DNA of 64,000 nt from an uncultured Candidatus Saccharibacteria bacterium (GCA_964522195.1 CAZFSV010000002.1:36743-100742), one strand, 5' to 3'. Counted from the first letter of the stretch, positions 30,938 through 41,879 are shown. Notes: generated from the sequence alone by a model not told the origin. Program-made: numbers and translations.

Positions 30938-32341
30938 TTAAAAATCGTCTAAGCCGCCCTCAACTTTAGCTGGAGCAAAGTCAGAAAGATTGCTTTTTTC
31001 TAAGTTTAGGAAGCTGGTAGTTTTACCGTCAAAGTAAAGTTCAACTTTACCAGTCGGACCATTTCTATGTTTTTCTATTAAAATTTCAGCGATATTATTT
31101 CTCTCAGATTCATCTTTACCTTTATCTTCACGGTGGATAAACATAACAACATCGGCGTCTTGCTCTATGGATCCTGAATCACGCAGATCTGACAAGCGTG
31201 GTTTACCTCCACGTGCTTCAACAGCACGAGAAAGTTGAGAAAGTGCTAATACAGGCACGTCAAGTTCTTTAGCCAAGCTTTTTAAGGATCGTGAAATTTC
31301 TGTCACTTGATTAACCATAGAATCGTGATTTTTACTTGTAGTCATAAGTTGCAAGTAATCTACTACTATAAAATCAAGACCTTTTTCAGCTTTTATTCTA
31401 CGAGAAGTTGCCTTCATACGAGCAATAGAGTTTCCAGGTTGATCGTCTATGAAAATTTTTGCTTTAGATAATTTATCTAAAGAATCACGCAGTCGAGAGA
31501 AATCATTGTCTCCGTTTATTCTACCTGTACGCAAATTCCAAGCATTAACTTTAGATTCTGCTGATAGCATTCTGTCTACTAATTGCTGAGAGGACATTTC
31601 AAGAGAGAAAATTAAAACAGATTTATCATAATTTGTAGCACTCATACGAGCCATGTCTAAGGCTAGAGTAGTTTTACCAACGGAAGGACGGGCAGCTAAA
31701 ATAATTAAATCAGAAGGTTGAAGTCCAGATAGCATTTCATCCAAATCACGAATTCCTGTAGGTACTCCGCGAAGCATGCCTTTATTTTCGTGTAATTTTT
31801 CAAGTCTTTCATAAGCTTCAGGTAAAGCATCTTTCATGCTTACATATTTTTGATTTTTAGGTTGAGAAATAACTGAGAAAATTTTCTTTTCAGCTAAATC
31901 TAAAATATCATCCATATGGTTTTCTCCATCTTGCATAGCGATCTCAGAAACGAAATCCGCAGCTTCTATTAAAGCTCGCAAAATATATTTTTTTTGAACT
32001 ATTTGTGCGTAATGCTTTACATTAGTTGAAGCAGGAACAGAATTTACTAATTCGGTTAAATATTGATTTCCTCCGATAGAATCTAAAATTCCTCTTTCAT
32101 TTAATTTTGTAGATAAAGATAAAATATCAATAGGTTCGTGTTTGCTGTTAAGTTCAAGCATCGCGTCAAAAATCTTTTTATGTTTTTCTGCATAAAACGA
32201 ATCAGGGATTATAAGATCTTCAATTTCACTTAAACTATCCTTGCGAAGCAGTATAGAACCTAAAACAGCTTTTTCTCCGTCCAAATGTTGAGGAGGAATT
32301 CTAACACTATTCCAATTTCTATTTTGTTTCTCTTTAGACAT
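30938..32341 (-). CDS. dnaB: Replicative DNA helicase DnaB
   Basis: Walker A GKTTLALDMA, RecA-like C-domain, N-terminal DnaB domain. Confidence 0.95.
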   Translation of the reverse strand: MSKEKQNRNWNSVRIPPQHLDGEKAVLGSILLRKDSLSEIEDLIIPDSFYAEKHKKIFDAMLELNSKHEPIDILSLSTKLNERGILDSIGGNQYLTELVNSVPASTNVKHYAQIVQKKYILRALIEAADFVSEIAMQDGENHMDDILDLAEKKIFSVISQPKNQKYVSMKDALPEAYERLEKLHENKGMLRGVPTGIRDLDEMLSGLQPSDLIILAARPSVGKTTLALDMARMSATNYDKSVLIFSLEMSSQQLVDRMLSAESKVNAWNLRTGRINGDNDFSRLRDSLDKLSKAKIFIDDQPGNSIARMKATSRRIKAEKGLDFIVVDYLQLMTTSKNHDSMVNQVTEISRSLKSLAKELDVPVLALSQLSRAVEARGGKPRLSDLRDSGSIEQDADVVMFIHREDKGKDESERNNIAEILIEKHRNGPTGKVELYFDGKTTSFLNLEKSNLSDFAPAKVEGGLDDF

Positions 32342-32393
32342 AGATATATTTTAACAAGTATAAAAAAGAAATAAACTAGTAAATTCTTGATTT

Positions 32394-32425
32394 TGTGGTT
32401 AAGTTTGTGATTAACTTGTGGATTG
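32394..32425 (+). promoter_or_regulatory. Three DnaA-box-like 9-mers (TGTGGTTAA, TGTGATTAA, TGTGGATTG) at about 11-12 bp phasing between divergent dnaB and trpS
   Basis: Compared with TGTGGATAA (reverse complement of TTATCCACA) they carry 1, 2 and 2 mismatches. All share one orientation. Confidence 0.3.
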
Positions 32426-32458
32426 TTTAAAAACCTTTAAATATGGTATTATTTAGCT

Positions 32459-33409
32459 ATGTCAAAAAAGATATTATTGTCTGGAATACAACCTTCAGGC
32501 CTCCCTCATATTGGGAATTACTTTGGAGCCATGAAGCAATTTGTAGACCTTCAAGACGAATATGAAAGTTATATTTTTATAGCGGATTATCATGCATTAC
32601 ATACTTTACGTGACCCAAAAATAATGAGTGAAAATATTAAAAATGTTTTGCTTGATTATTTAGCTATTGGGCTTGATCCAAAAAAAGTCACTATTTATAA
32701 GCAATCCGATATTTCAGAGCACACTGAGTTAGCTTGGATTTTTGATACTTTGGTTACCATGCCTTATCTTATGAGAGCGCATGCTTTCAAGGATGCAGAA
32801 GCGAAGAATAAAGAAATTTCAGTAGGAACTTTTAATTACCCAGTATTACAATCTGCTGATATTTTGCTCTATGATGCAGATGTTGTTCCTGTGGGTCAAG
32901 ATCAAAAGCAACACATAGAAATTGCTCGTGATATAGCACTTAAATTTAACAATCAATATGGAGAGACTTTTAAATTACCGGAATCTTTAATATTAGAAAA
33001 TGTTTCTATCGTGCCTGGGACTGATGGTCAAAAGATGAGTAAGAGTTATGGAAATATAATTCCTTTATTCGGAACAACAGAAGAAATTAAAAAAGCTGTT
33101 ATGGGTATTGTGACTGATTCAGGAGAAGGAATTCCAGAAAATGTTTATAATATTCATAAATTGTTAAGAAATGAAGAAGAATTAAAAGTTCTTTATGAAG
33201 AAAAAAAAGGTAAGTATAAAGATTTAAAAGAAGAATTGCTCGAAGATATTGAAAAACTTTTAGAACCTATGCGAGAGAGAAGAAAATACTGGGAAGAGCA
33301 TATGGACGAAGCACTAGAAATTCTAAAATCTGGAGGAGAAAAAATGAAAGCAAAAGCAAATAAAAAAATGCAAGAAGTACGAGAAAAATTAGGAGTTAAT
33401 GTTTATTAA
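32459..33409 (+). CDS. trpS: Tryptophanyl-tRNA synthetase
   Basis: HIGN, KMSKS, and the TrpRS-specific GIQPSG N-terminus. Confidence 0.95.
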   Translation: MSKKILLSGIQPSGLPHIGNYFGAMKQFVDLQDEYESYIFIADYHALHTLRDPKIMSENIKNVLLDYLAIGLDPKKVTIYKQSDISEHTELAWIFDTLVTMPYLMRAHAFKDAEAKNKEISVGTFNYPVLQSADILLYDADVVPVGQDQKQHIEIARDIALKFNNQYGETFKLPESLILENVSIVPGTDGQKMSKSYGNIIPLFGTTEEIKKAVMGIVTDSGEGIPENVYNIHKLLRNEEELKVLYEEKKGKYKDLKEELLEDIEKLLEPMRERRKYWEEHMDEALEILKSGGEKMKAKANKKMQEVREKLGVNVY

Positions 33410-33414
33410 ATATT

Positions 33415-34803
33415 ATGCAAAACAGAACATATATAAAAGATTTAAATACAAAAATAGGGGAAGAAGTTATTATTGCTGGATGGGTTAATATCCGCCGAGA
33501 TCAAGGAAAAATGATTTTTATGGATTTTCGAGATATGACAGGCCTTGTTCAAGGAGTTATTTTGCCTGGAAGTTTAGCTATGGAAATAGGTAAACAAGTT
33601 CGTCCAGAATGGGTGGTAAAAGTTTCTGGAAAAGTAAATGAAAGACCAGAGAGAAATAAAAAAGCTGGAGTTTTAAACGGAGAGCTAGAACTTGAGGTTT
33701 TGAATATTGAAGTTTTAAATGAGTCTAAAACAACTCCTTTTTTGGTAGATGAAGATACGATAGCTGTGAACGAAGAAGTCCGTATGAAATATAGGTATTT
33801 AGATTTACGCACAACAAGAATGCAAAACAATTTACGTATGCGAGACAAAATAATTTCTTTCTTTAGAGATCATATGCATCAAAATGGATTTTTGGATATT
33901 GAAACTCCGATAATGACAAAAGGTACCCCAGAAGGTTCGAGAGAGTATCTAGTGCCTTCTCGCCTAGAACCAGGTAAATTTTATGTATTACCTCAATCTC
34001 CACAACAATTCAAGCAACTTGCTATGGTGGCAGGCTTTGAAAAATATTTCCAAATTGCAAAATGTATGCGTGATGAAGATACTCGCGGAGATAGACAGCC
34101 TGAATTTACTCAACTTGATTATGAATTATCTTTCACTAATCAAGAAGAAATAATTTCTTATACTGAAGATATGTTTATTAAAATGGTAAAAACTTTGTAT
34201 CCAAATAAAAAGATTCAACAAATTCCTTTTCCTAGAATAACATATAAAGAATCTATGGAAAAATACGGTAATGATAAACCAGATTTAAGAGAAGACAAGA
34301 ATGATCCTGATTTGCTTGCTTTTTGTTGGGTTGTTGATTTTCCTATGTTTGAGAAAAATTCGGAAGGTCAAATCGGAGCAGTGCACCATCCTTTTACTCG
34401 ACCTTTGGATGAAGACTTGCATTTACTTGATTCTGATCCATTAAAAGCTCGTGCTAATGCTTATGATATTGTGCTTAATGGTTATGAATTAGGAGGAGGT
34501 TCTATTCGTATCCATGAGAGAGATTTACAAAATAAAATTTTTGAGATTTTAGGATTATCAAAAGAATTAATCGAAGCTCGTTTTGGTCATATGCTTGAGG
34601 CTTTTGAATACGGAGCTCCTCCTCATGGGGGTTGCGCTCAAGGTGTAGATCGTATTGTTATGCTGCTTCAAAATGAGCCAAATATTCGTGAAGTTATAGC
34701 TTTCCCTAAAACAGGAGAAGGTAGGGATCTAATGATGGGCGCTCCTAGTGAAGCAGGAGATAATCAACTTAATGAATTAGGTATAAATCTAAAAAAGAAC
34801 TAA
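33415..34803 (+). CDS. aspS: Aspartyl-tRNA synthetase, compact form lacking GAD insertion
   Basis: QSPQQFKQL...[24 protein letters not shown] matches the bacterial AspRS class II core. 462 aa versus about 590 for canonical bacterial AspRS. Confidence 0.9.
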   Translation: MQNRTYIKDLNTKIGEEVIIAGWVNIRRDQGKMIFMDFRDMTGLVQGVILPGSLAMEIGKQVRPEWVVKVSGKVNERPERNKKAGVLNGELELEVLNIEVLNESKTTPFLVDEDTIAVNEEVRMKYRYLDLRTTRMQNNLRMRDKIISFFRDHMHQNGFLDIETPIMTKGTPEGSREYLVPSRLEPGKFYVLPQSPQQFKQLAMVAGFEKYFQIAKCMRDEDTRGDRQPEFTQLDYELSFTNQEEIISYTEDMFIKMVKTLYPNKKIQQIPFPRITYKESMEKYGNDKPDLREDKNDPDLLAFCWVVDFPMFEKNSEGQIGAVHHPFTRPLDEDLHLLDSDPLKARANAYDIVLNGYELGGGSIRIHERDLQNKIFEILGLSKELIEARFGHMLEAFEYGAPPHGGCAQGVDRIVMLLQNEPNIREVIAFPKTGEGRDLMMGAPSEAGDNQLNELGINLKKN

Positions 34804-35156
34804 TGGAACTTTCTAAAAGAAAATGCATACCTTGCGAAGATAAAAACTTAAAGCCTTTTGATCTCGAACGAGCAGAAGAATATATGGTTGATGTCAAAGG
34901 TTGGGAACTTTTAAAAACTGCGAATGTCGGACATTCGCAAGTTTTCAAAATCTCTAGGGAATTTCAATTTAAAGATTTTGTAGAAGCTTTAGAATTTGTA
35001 AACAGAGTAGGAGATTTGGCAGAAACTGAAGGTCATCACCCGGATATACTAATGCATTCTTGGAATAGAGTTTTAATAACTCTCTATACACATTCAATAG
35101 GTGGACTATCTGAGAATGACTACATCCTTGCCGCTAAAATAAATCAAGTAGCATAA
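34803..35156 (+). CDS. Pterin-4a-carbinolamine dehydratase (PCD/DCoH)
   Basis: EGHHPDI motif and about 110-aa size. Overlaps the aspS stop by 1 nt. Confidence 0.8.
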   Translation: MELSKRKCIPCEDKNLKPFDLERAEEYMVDVKGWELLKTANVGHSQVFKISREFQFKDFVEALEFVNRVGDLAETEGHHPDILMHSWNRVLITLYTHSIGGLSENDYILAAKINQVA

Positions 35157-35158
35157 AC

Positions 35159-35196
35159 AAAACCCATAGGAATTTCCTATGGGTTTTGTTTTATTT
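35159..35196. terminator. Bidirectional terminator (aacccatagg-aattt-cctatgggtt)
   Basis: 10-bp stem with T-rich sequences on both sides, between convergent genes. Confidence 0.65.
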
Positions 35197-35649
35197 TGAA
35201 TCCAGTTCTAGATTTATGTTCTTATAAAGACTATCTTGATAATCTTCAAGTTCATACCATTTACCCTCATACGCTAGTTTTGCTTGCATAGGCCAGTTTT
35301 TAGGGTTTGCCATATTGAAACTATTTCCAGCTTGATCTAGTATCATTTGTAGGTCAGCTATATAAGTATAAGCTAAAGTCTCATAGGTTTTGATACCTTT
35401 GTTGTATAAAAGTTCTTGAATTTTAGGACCAATGCCTTCTATTTTGGTTAAATCATCATATCTATCATTTTTATTTAAAACCATTTTTTGACTCAATTCT
35501 TCTATTTCAGAATTTAAATGTTCTAAATCTTCTTGCTTTTTCTTAGTTAAATTTATATCAATATATTCAAAATAAGAATATTTATTTATGAAATATAATG
35601 ATATAGCACAAAACATAGTTATTAATATGATGGTTAAATCTCCGTTCAT
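35191..35649 (-). CDS. Membrane-anchored helix-hairpin-helix domain protein (DUF4332-like)
   Basis: N-terminal TM. LTKIEGIGPKIQELLYNKGIKTYETLA HhH motif. Confidence 0.4.
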   Translation of the reverse strand: MNGDLTIILITMFCAISLYFINKYSYFEYIDINLTKKKQEDLEHLNSEIEELSQKMVLNKNDRYDDLTKIEGIGPKIQELLYNKGIKTYETLAYTYIADLQMILDQAGNSFNMANPKNWPMQAKLAYEGKWYELEDYQDSLYKNINLELDSK

Positions 35650-35656
35650 ATTATTA

Positions 35657-38203
35657 TTATATATACTTTTTTAGAAATTTATCAAGTTTTTTAGAATCTC
35701 TTTTTAAAAGCAAATTATTTATTTCCATTCTTTCTAAAACTTGTTCTAGGGATCTTTTTGCTGTTTTTGGATCTTTATCTTTGAATAAATTTTTAAGAAT
35801 TTTAATATGTTTTTCTTCAGCAGTTGGGCTTATGCCTTTAATTAGTCTTCCTAAAGTATACCCTCCGTCACCATATCTATTTAAAATAGTTTGCCAATTT
35901 ATTTTTAAAGATTTAAACCAAATATCTCGACCAATAGGATTTTGCGCTAAACTTGTTAACATACCAACAGTATCTTGAGAACGTACATGTTCTGAAAAAG
36001 CAAAATTTACTACTTCGCAAAGTATTTTATTATTTTTAAATTCTGCTAAAGCATACCCAATACGATTTTTCTCTTCATGCATATTTTCATTTTTATAGTT
36101 TTTAATTAGCTCTTTGTATTCTTTTTCTCCACCATTTATAGCTATTGTATTATAAATAAAACCTTTAATATCAGTATTTATTTTTTCTTTATTTTTAATT
36201 TTTTTATATTCTTGTTTTGCAAAATTTATAACTTTTTTATCTCCTAAAGATGCTAATTTGTTTAAAATAAGGGGACGAAGTAGAGAAGTAAAATGATCCT
36301 CTTTTTCTAATTTTTCAAAAGAAATTTTATTCTTTATTTTACTTAATAAATTTATTTGATAAATTTCTAATTTCTTTTCGTGTTTAGTTTTTGCAAAGAT
36401 TTGAGAAACTCTATTAAGTCCTGAAATTATTTCAAGCCAAACAATATAATTATCTTCGTCTTTATAATTCTCCAAAAACTCCAATACTTCTACTATGCTT
36501 GTAGTTCCGTTTTCAGCTAAAGCGAATAAATCTCTAACAATTCCTAATCTATCAATGGGAGAGAATTCTTGATTTTGGATTTTATCTTTTAATAAATTAA
36601 GTAAATTAAAATCATAAGAAGTTCTATAAAAACCACTTTCATTTATATTTAATTTCAATATTTCATTATTATTGTAAGGAATAAAGTCAGTTTTTTTAGT
36701 CAATAAAATTTGATCTATATTTTCTCCAATTTGGAAATTGATAGGAACTTGCCATAAAGTGTTTGTATTATGTTTTGGGTGAGCAAAAAATCTCTTTTGA
36801 CTAATTTGAATTTTATTTTTTTGTAATTTTAGACTAATTTGAGGGTAGCCAGATTTTTGGGTCCAGTTTTTCATAATATTAGCAACAGGAATTTTACTTA
36901 CTTTTAGAAAAGCATGCCACAAATCTTCTGTTTCAGTATTTTTATAACTATGTTTTTTTAAATAATATCTTAATCCATCGCGAAATTTTTCTTCTCCCAA
37001 ATAATCCGCCAGCATACGAATAACTGAAGCTCCTTTTGAATAAGAAACTTCATCAAAAATTTCTCCTATTTCGTCTGGATGATGAACTTCGATTTCAATC
37101 GGATGAGTATTGTATAAAGAGTCTAATTTTAAAGCTACACCTAAATCATGGTTTGCAAATTGATTCCAAATATTCCATTCTGGGAAAATTTTATCAACAG
37201 CTAAATATTCAATATAAGAAGCAAAACCTTCATTCAGCCATAAATGCGTCCACCAGCGCATAGTAACTAAATTTCCAAACCATTGATGAGCTATTTCGTG
37301 GGCTATAACGAGCGCTACCCATTGTTTGTTGGTAACAGAAGAATTTTCTTCATCTACAAGCAAAGCACTTTCTCGATAAGTAATAGCTCCCCAGTTTTCC
37401 ATAGCTCCACTTGAAAAATCAGGTATTGCTATCATATCTAGTGTAGGCAAAGGATATTTGATATCAAAATATTCTTCAAAAAAATCTAAAGTTTTAATTG
37501 CTACTTCTAAAGCAAATTTACTTTGATTAATTTTACCTTTGGTTGCATAAACTTTTATGCTGACATTATTTTTACTTTTTCCTTCTATAAAATCAAAATC
37601 TCCAACAATAAAAGCTAGGAGATAAGTCGACATAATGGGAGTCGGAGAGAAAGATATTACTTGATATCCTGGATCGTGTTCTTTGATTGATATAGGTAAT
37701 GTATTTGATATAGCTGTATGTTCTTTGCGGATTACTAAAGACACATTAAAAACAGCTTTTTGTTCTGGTTCATCAAAACAAGGGAAAGCACGTCTTGCAT
37801 CAGTTGCTTCAAATTGAGTAGTAGCGAGATATTTCTTCTCTCCATTATATTGATAGCTACTTTTATAAAAACCACGCATTTTGTCATTTAATATTCCAGC
37901 AAAACTTAGATTTAATTTATACTTACCTTTAGGAATTTTATTTTTAAAAGTAAAATTTACAGTTTCATTTTTTATGTTGTAATCTATTTTGTTTGCAAAA
38001 ATTTTGTTCTTATTTATTTCAATAGAAGCTGTTTCTATATCAATATCTTTACTATGTAAAGTTATATTTTTAGTTTCTTTTAAAATATTTAAATAAATTA
38101 TCTCAAAACCAGAAAAAACAAAATTCTCTAAATCAGGTTTTAAGTTTATGTCATATTTTATAGGTATAATATCTCTTGAGAGTTTAATTTTATTTTTCTG
38201 CAT
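35657..38203 (-). CDS. pepN: Aminopeptidase N (M1 family zinc metallopeptidase)
   Basis: GAMEN and HEIAHQWFGNLVT...WLNEGFA (HExxH-18-E) motifs. ATG at 38203 (MQKNKIK) preferred over the TTG at 38335 in the ORF track. Confidence 0.9.
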   Translation of the reverse strand: MQKNKIKLSRDIIPIKYDINLKPDLENFVFSGFEIIYLNILKETKNITLHSKDIDIETASIEINKNKIFANKIDYNIKNETVNFTFKNKIPKGKYKLNLSFAGILNDKMRGFYKSSYQYNGEKKYLATTQFEATDARRAFPCFDEPEQKAVFNVSLVIRKEHTAISNTLPISIKEHDPGYQVISFSPTPIMSTYLLAFIVGDFDFIEGKSKNNVSIKVYATKGKINQSKFALEVAIKTLDFFEEYFDIKYPLPTLDMIAIPDFSSGAMENWGAITYRESALLVDEENSSVTNKQWVALVIAHEIAHQWFGNLVTMRWWTHLWLNEGFASYIEYLAVDKIFPEWNIWNQFANHDLGVALKLDSLYNTHPIEIEVHHPDEIGEIFDEVSYSKGASVIRMLADYLGEEKFRDGLRYYLKKHSYKNTETEDLWHAFLKVSKIPVANIMKNWTQKSGYPQISLKLQKNKIQISQKRFFAHPKHNTNTLWQVPINFQIGENIDQILLTKKTDFIPYNNNEILKLNINESGFYRTSYDFNLLNLLKDKIQNQEFSPIDRLGIVRDLFALAENGTTSIVEVLEFLENYKDEDNYIVWLEIISGLNRVSQIFAKTKHEKKLEIYQINLLSKIKNKISFEKLEKEDHFTSLLRPLILNKLASLGDKKVINFAKQEYKKIKNKEKINTDIKGFIYNTIAINGGEKEYKELIKNYKNENMHEEKNRIGYALAEFKNNKILCEVVNFAFSEHVRSQDTVGMLTSLAQNPIGRDIWFKSLKINWQTILNRYGDGGYTLGRLIKGISPTAEEKHIKILKNLFKDKDPKTAKRSLEQVLERMEINNLLLKRDSKKLDKFLKKYI

Positions 38204-38290
38204 TTTCTTATAAATTTTAAGGATAATTTTTATATTATAACACAAGTAGGTTTTAATGCTTTTAAGGTAAAAAAATGTTAAAATAGCTAT

Positions 38291-39019
38291 ATGGAAAACT
38301 ATCATACAGAGGATTTTTTTATTAAAACAGACCAATTCAGTGGCCCTTATTCTGTATTACTGTCTATGATAGAAGATCGTAAGCTTTTTATAAATGATAT
38401 ATCTCTTTCTTTAATAACAGAAGATTATTTAAAATATGTTAATTCTAATAACATCCATCCTTCCTTAATTTCAAATTTTGTATTAGTTGCTTCAACATTA
38501 ATTTTAATCAAATCAAAATCTTTATTACCAAGCCTTGATCTTACAGAAGAAGAACAGACTGATATTAAAAATCTGCAAGATAGATTAAAATTATATGAAT
38601 ATTACTCAAATCTATCTATTAACATAAAAGAAAAATTTGGTAAAAGAATTCTTTTTTTTCCGGAAGAAAGAAAAAATTATGATGTTATATTTTTACCTGA
38701 TAATGAAATAACTCAAGAGAAAATGATGTTTTTAGTTAGTGAATTATTAAATAAAATACCTAAAAAAAGTATAAATCCTGAAGTTTCAGTTAAAAAAGTT
38801 ATTTCTTTAGAAGAAATGATAGATAAATTGAAAGTTAGAATACAGAATAGTCTTAAATTGTCTTTTAAGGATTTTGCTGGACAAGGAGCTTCTAAGGAAG
38901 AAAGAGTTTATGCAATTGTAGGATTTTTAGCTATACTAGAATTAGCAAGAGAAGGTATTCTAAGTGTCGTGCAAAACAATCATTTCGAAGATATTTTAAT
39001 AGAAAAAAATAATTTATAA
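38291..39019 (+). CDS. scpA: Segregation and condensation protein A (kleisin)
   Basis: N-terminal FxGPLDLLL-like segment (FSGPYSVLLSMIEDRKL). Size. Adjacent scpB. Confidence 0.75.
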   Translation: MENYHTEDFFIKTDQFSGPYSVLLSMIEDRKLFINDISLSLITEDYLKYVNSNNIHPSLISNFVLVASTLILIKSKSLLPSLDLTEEEQTDIKNLQDRLKLYEYYSNLSINIKEKFGKRILFFPEERKNYDVIFLPDNEITQEKMMFLVSELLNKIPKKSINPEVSVKKVISLEEMIDKLKVRIQNSLKLSFKDFAGQGASKEERVYAIVGFLAILELAREGILSVVQNNHFEDILIEKNNL

Positions 39020-39027
39020 AATAAAAA

Positions 39028-39576
39028 ATGAATAATTTAGAACAAAAAATTGAAAGCGTTTTATTTTTCAAAGGAGAGCCAATAAAAATTAAAAAATTAG
39101 CTCAAATTTTAGAGGAAAAAGAAGAAGTAATAATAGAATCTTTAAAGAAATTAAAATCCTCACTGGAAAACAGAGGTATTAGTTTAATGGAAAAAGAAGA
39201 TGAAGTATTTTTAGTTGTATCTCTTGAAACTTCTTCTTTAATAGAAAAGATTCAAAAAGAAGAATTAAATAGAGATTTATCTAAAGCAAGTCTTGAAACT
39301 TTATCTATTATTTTATATAAAAATGGAGCAACTAGAAGCGAAATAGACTATATTCGTGGTGTAAATTCAAATTTTACTTTAAGAATATTATCAATTAGAG
39401 GATTGATAGAGAAAATAGCTGATAAAAATGATTCTAGGCGTTTTATATATAAACCTACTTTTGATTTATTGTCATTTTTAGGTATTACAACCGTAGAAGA
39501 AATGCCAGGTTTTAATAATCTAAAAGAAGGTTTAGAAAAATTAGAAGAAGATATAAACGAAATAGAGAATTCATAA
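39028..39576 (+). CDS. scpB: Segregation and condensation protein B
   Basis: Tandem winged-helix ScpB pattern (IESVLFFKGEPIKIKKLAQIL...). Confidence 0.8.
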   Translation: MNNLEQKIESVLFFKGEPIKIKKLAQILEEKEEVIIESLKKLKSSLENRGISLMEKEDEVFLVVSLETSSLIEKIQKEELNRDLSKASLETLSIILYKNGATRSEIDYIRGVNSNFTLRILSIRGLIEKIADKNDSRRFIYKPTFDLLSFLGITTVEEMPGFNNLKEGLEKLEEDINEIENS

Positions 39577-39577
39577 A

Positions 39578-40006
39578 ATGAAGAAAAAAATTTTAATAAT
39601 TTTATTTTTAATATCTTTATCATCACCTTTTTACTCTTTGGCAGAAGAAAACAATAAAAACACCAACAATATCAAAATAATCACAAACGAATTTTTAAAT
39701 AAAATACCATTTAAAGGTAAATTAGATAACTACTTTTTGCAATCTGAAGTTTTTAGAAAAAATCAATTATTTTCTTTTTTGATTCAAAAAGATAAAGCTC
39801 AAAATCAAATTTTTGTTTTTGAAGAAAGAATAAATAATCAAACCTTAGAAGAAAATAAAAAAGAAGTTAAAAATGTTTTAATTTATTTAAAATACTATTA
39901 TTTTGGATTGTTAGCTTTTATTTTTAATAATATTTTTATATATTATATATTAATATTAATTATTTTGTTTTATATAATTTATAAAATTTGGAATAAATTT
40001 AAATAA
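39578..40006 (+). CDS. Hypothetical exported protein with C-terminal TM
   Basis: Signal peptide and C-terminal hydrophobic anchor. Sits where mreC/mreD-like genes often sit, upstream of PBP2. Confidence 0.35.
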   Translation: MKKKILIILFLISLSSPFYSLAEENNKNTNNIKIITNEFLNKIPFKGKLDNYFLQSEVFRKNQLFSFLIQKDKAQNQIFVFEERINNQTLEENKKEVKNVLIYLKYYYFGLLAFIFNNIFIYYILILIILFYIIYKIWNKFK

Positions 40007-41730
40007 TGATTATTAGAATTTTTAAAAAAAATAAAATTAAATTAAGAAATTCTGTGGACCCAGATGAAATCTTTTTAGATTCTACAAACTTAAACAATTT
40101 TGATACTCAGCAATTTGAAGGTAGACTAGAACAACCTATCTCAAAAAGAACTATTTATTTTATAGCTACTTTTTTTGTGAGTATTGTTTTCATTTTTACT
40201 TTCCAATTATTTAATTTACAAATAAAAAAAGGGGAAGCTTTTTTAGAGAGAAGTGAAAATAATAAATTAAATAAAGATATTATTTTTGCAGACAGAGGAA
40301 TTATTTATGACCGTAGAGGAGTAGAGCTTGCTTGGAACAAAAAAAATGATAATTTAATATCTGATTTTGATTTAAGTAAAAGCGAAGATTCTCTTTCTTT
40401 CAGAGAATATTTAAACCCAGGATTTTCTCATTTAGTTGGATATGTTACTTCGCCTACAAAAGACAAGAGTGGTAAGTTTTGGCAAACAGATTTTATAGGT
40501 AAAGAAGGATTAGAAAAACAATATTCAGATAGATTAAAAGGAGAAAACGGCTCAAGGCTCGTAGAAGTAGATGCAAGGGGTAATCTGCATTCTTTTAATG
40601 TTATAAATCCTCCTAAAAGAGGGCCTGACTTAGTGACAACCATCGATGCTAAATTACAACAAGCAGTTTACGGTGCTATGCAAAAACTAGCAGATAATCA
40701 TAATTTTACTGGTGGAGCAGGGGTTATTTTAGATGTTAATAATGGAGAAATTTTAACAGCAGTAAGTTTTCCGGAATATAATTCTCAAATATTATCTGAA
40801 GGTAAAGATGGGCAATCAATCAATGGTTATTTAAATGATAAAAGAAAATTATTTTTAAATAGATTTGCAAATGGACTTTATACTCCTGGATCCATAGTAA
40901 AACCTTTCTTTGCTTTAGGTGCTTTGATGGAAAATATTATTTCTCCTAATAAAGAAATTTTTTCTGCAGGTTCTATTTCTATTCCAAATCCTTATGATCC
41001 TAGCAAACCTACTATATTTAAAGACTGGAAAGCGCATGGTTGGACTGATATGAGAGAAGCTATCGCTGTATCCTCTGATGTTTATTTTTATAGCATTGGT
41101 GGAGGTTTTGGAGATCAAAAAGGTATGGGTATTTTAAATTTAGAAAAATATGCTCGTATGTTTAAAATTGGTGAAAAAACAGGTATAGATTTACCTCAAG
41201 AAAAAGAAGGCGTTATTCCAAATCCAGACTGGAAAAGTAAAAATTTCAAAGGAGAAGCTTGGCGTATAGGTAATACTTTTCATACTTCTATCGGACAATA
41301 TGGCTTCCAAGTAACTCCACTTGAGATGGCTAGAGCTACAGCAGCTTTAGCTAATGGAGGAACTTTTGTTACACCGCATTTAATATTAAATGATGAATCA
41401 ATGAATACTCAAAAAAGTAAAATAGATTTAAATCAAGAACATTTAAAAATTATACACGAAGGTATGAGAGAAACAGTAACTTATGGTACAGCGTCAGGAC
41501 TTAATTTTCCTTTTGTAGAAGTTGCAGCAAAAACAGGTACAGCTCAATTAGGTATTTCTAAAACTAGAGTTAATTCTTGGATTATAGGATTTTTCCCTTA
41601 TGAAAATCCAAAATATGCTTTTGCTTTGATGATGGAGTCAGGACCTTCTAATGCTGGAGTAGGAGCTTCGTCTGCTATGCGAGAAATTCTAGAATGGATG
41701 AATCAAAATACTCCAGAATATTTTGAATAA
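40006..41730 (+). CDS. mrdA: Penicillin-binding protein 2 (class B transpeptidase)
   Basis: N-terminal TM, dimerisation domain, SIVKP (SxxK), SSD and KTGTA motifs. Confidence 0.9.
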   Translation: MIIRIFKKNKIKLRNSVDPDEIFLDSTNLNNFDTQQFEGRLEQPISKRTIYFIATFFVSIVFIFTFQLFNLQIKKGEAFLERSENNKLNKDIIFADRGIIYDRRGVELAWNKKNDNLISDFDLSKSEDSLSFREYLNPGFSHLVGYVTSPTKDKSGKFWQTDFIGKEGLEKQYSDRLKGENGSRLVEVDARGNLHSFNVINPPKRGPDLVTTIDAKLQQAVYGAMQKLADNHNFTGGAGVILDVNNGEILTAVSFPEYNSQILSEGKDGQSINGYLNDKRKLFLNRFANGLYTPGSIVKPFFALGALMENIISPNKEIFSAGSISIPNPYDPSKPTIFKDWKAHGWTDMREAIAVSSDVYFYSIGGGFGDQKGMGILNLEKYARMFKIGEKTGIDLPQEKEGVIPNPDWKSKNFKGEAWRIGNTFHTSIGQYGFQVTPLEMARATAALANGGTFVTPHLILNDESMNTQKSKIDLNQEHLKIIHEGMRETVTYGTASGLNFPFVEVAAKTGTAQLGISKTRVNSWIIGFFPYENPKYAFALMMESGPSNAGVGASSAMREILEWMNQNTPEYFE

Positions 41731-41768
41731 AACTTAATTTTTTACAAAAAATATACAAAAACATATTT

Positions 41769-41797
41769 TTGACATTTTTAATAAAAAGTTATATATT
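41769..41797 (+). promoter_or_regulatory. Candidate promoter TTGACA-17-TATATT upstream of the large surface protein gene
   Basis: Consensus -35 with 17-nt spacer. Confidence 0.3.
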
Positions 41798-41879
41798 AAT
41801 AAGGTAAATAGTCTTTTAATTTCGATAAAAGGTCCTTTATTAACATTAATCAGTTTTTATTAAATTAATTAAAAATTAT

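Noticed and set aside
32342-32458. T-box leader upstream of trpS (and likewise before cysS and gltX)
   Set aside because: Intergenic spaces are only about 70-120 nt, too short for a T-box riboswitch (about 200-300 nt). No specifier-loop or antiterminator T-box sequence (AATTAGGGTGGTACCGCG-like) is present.
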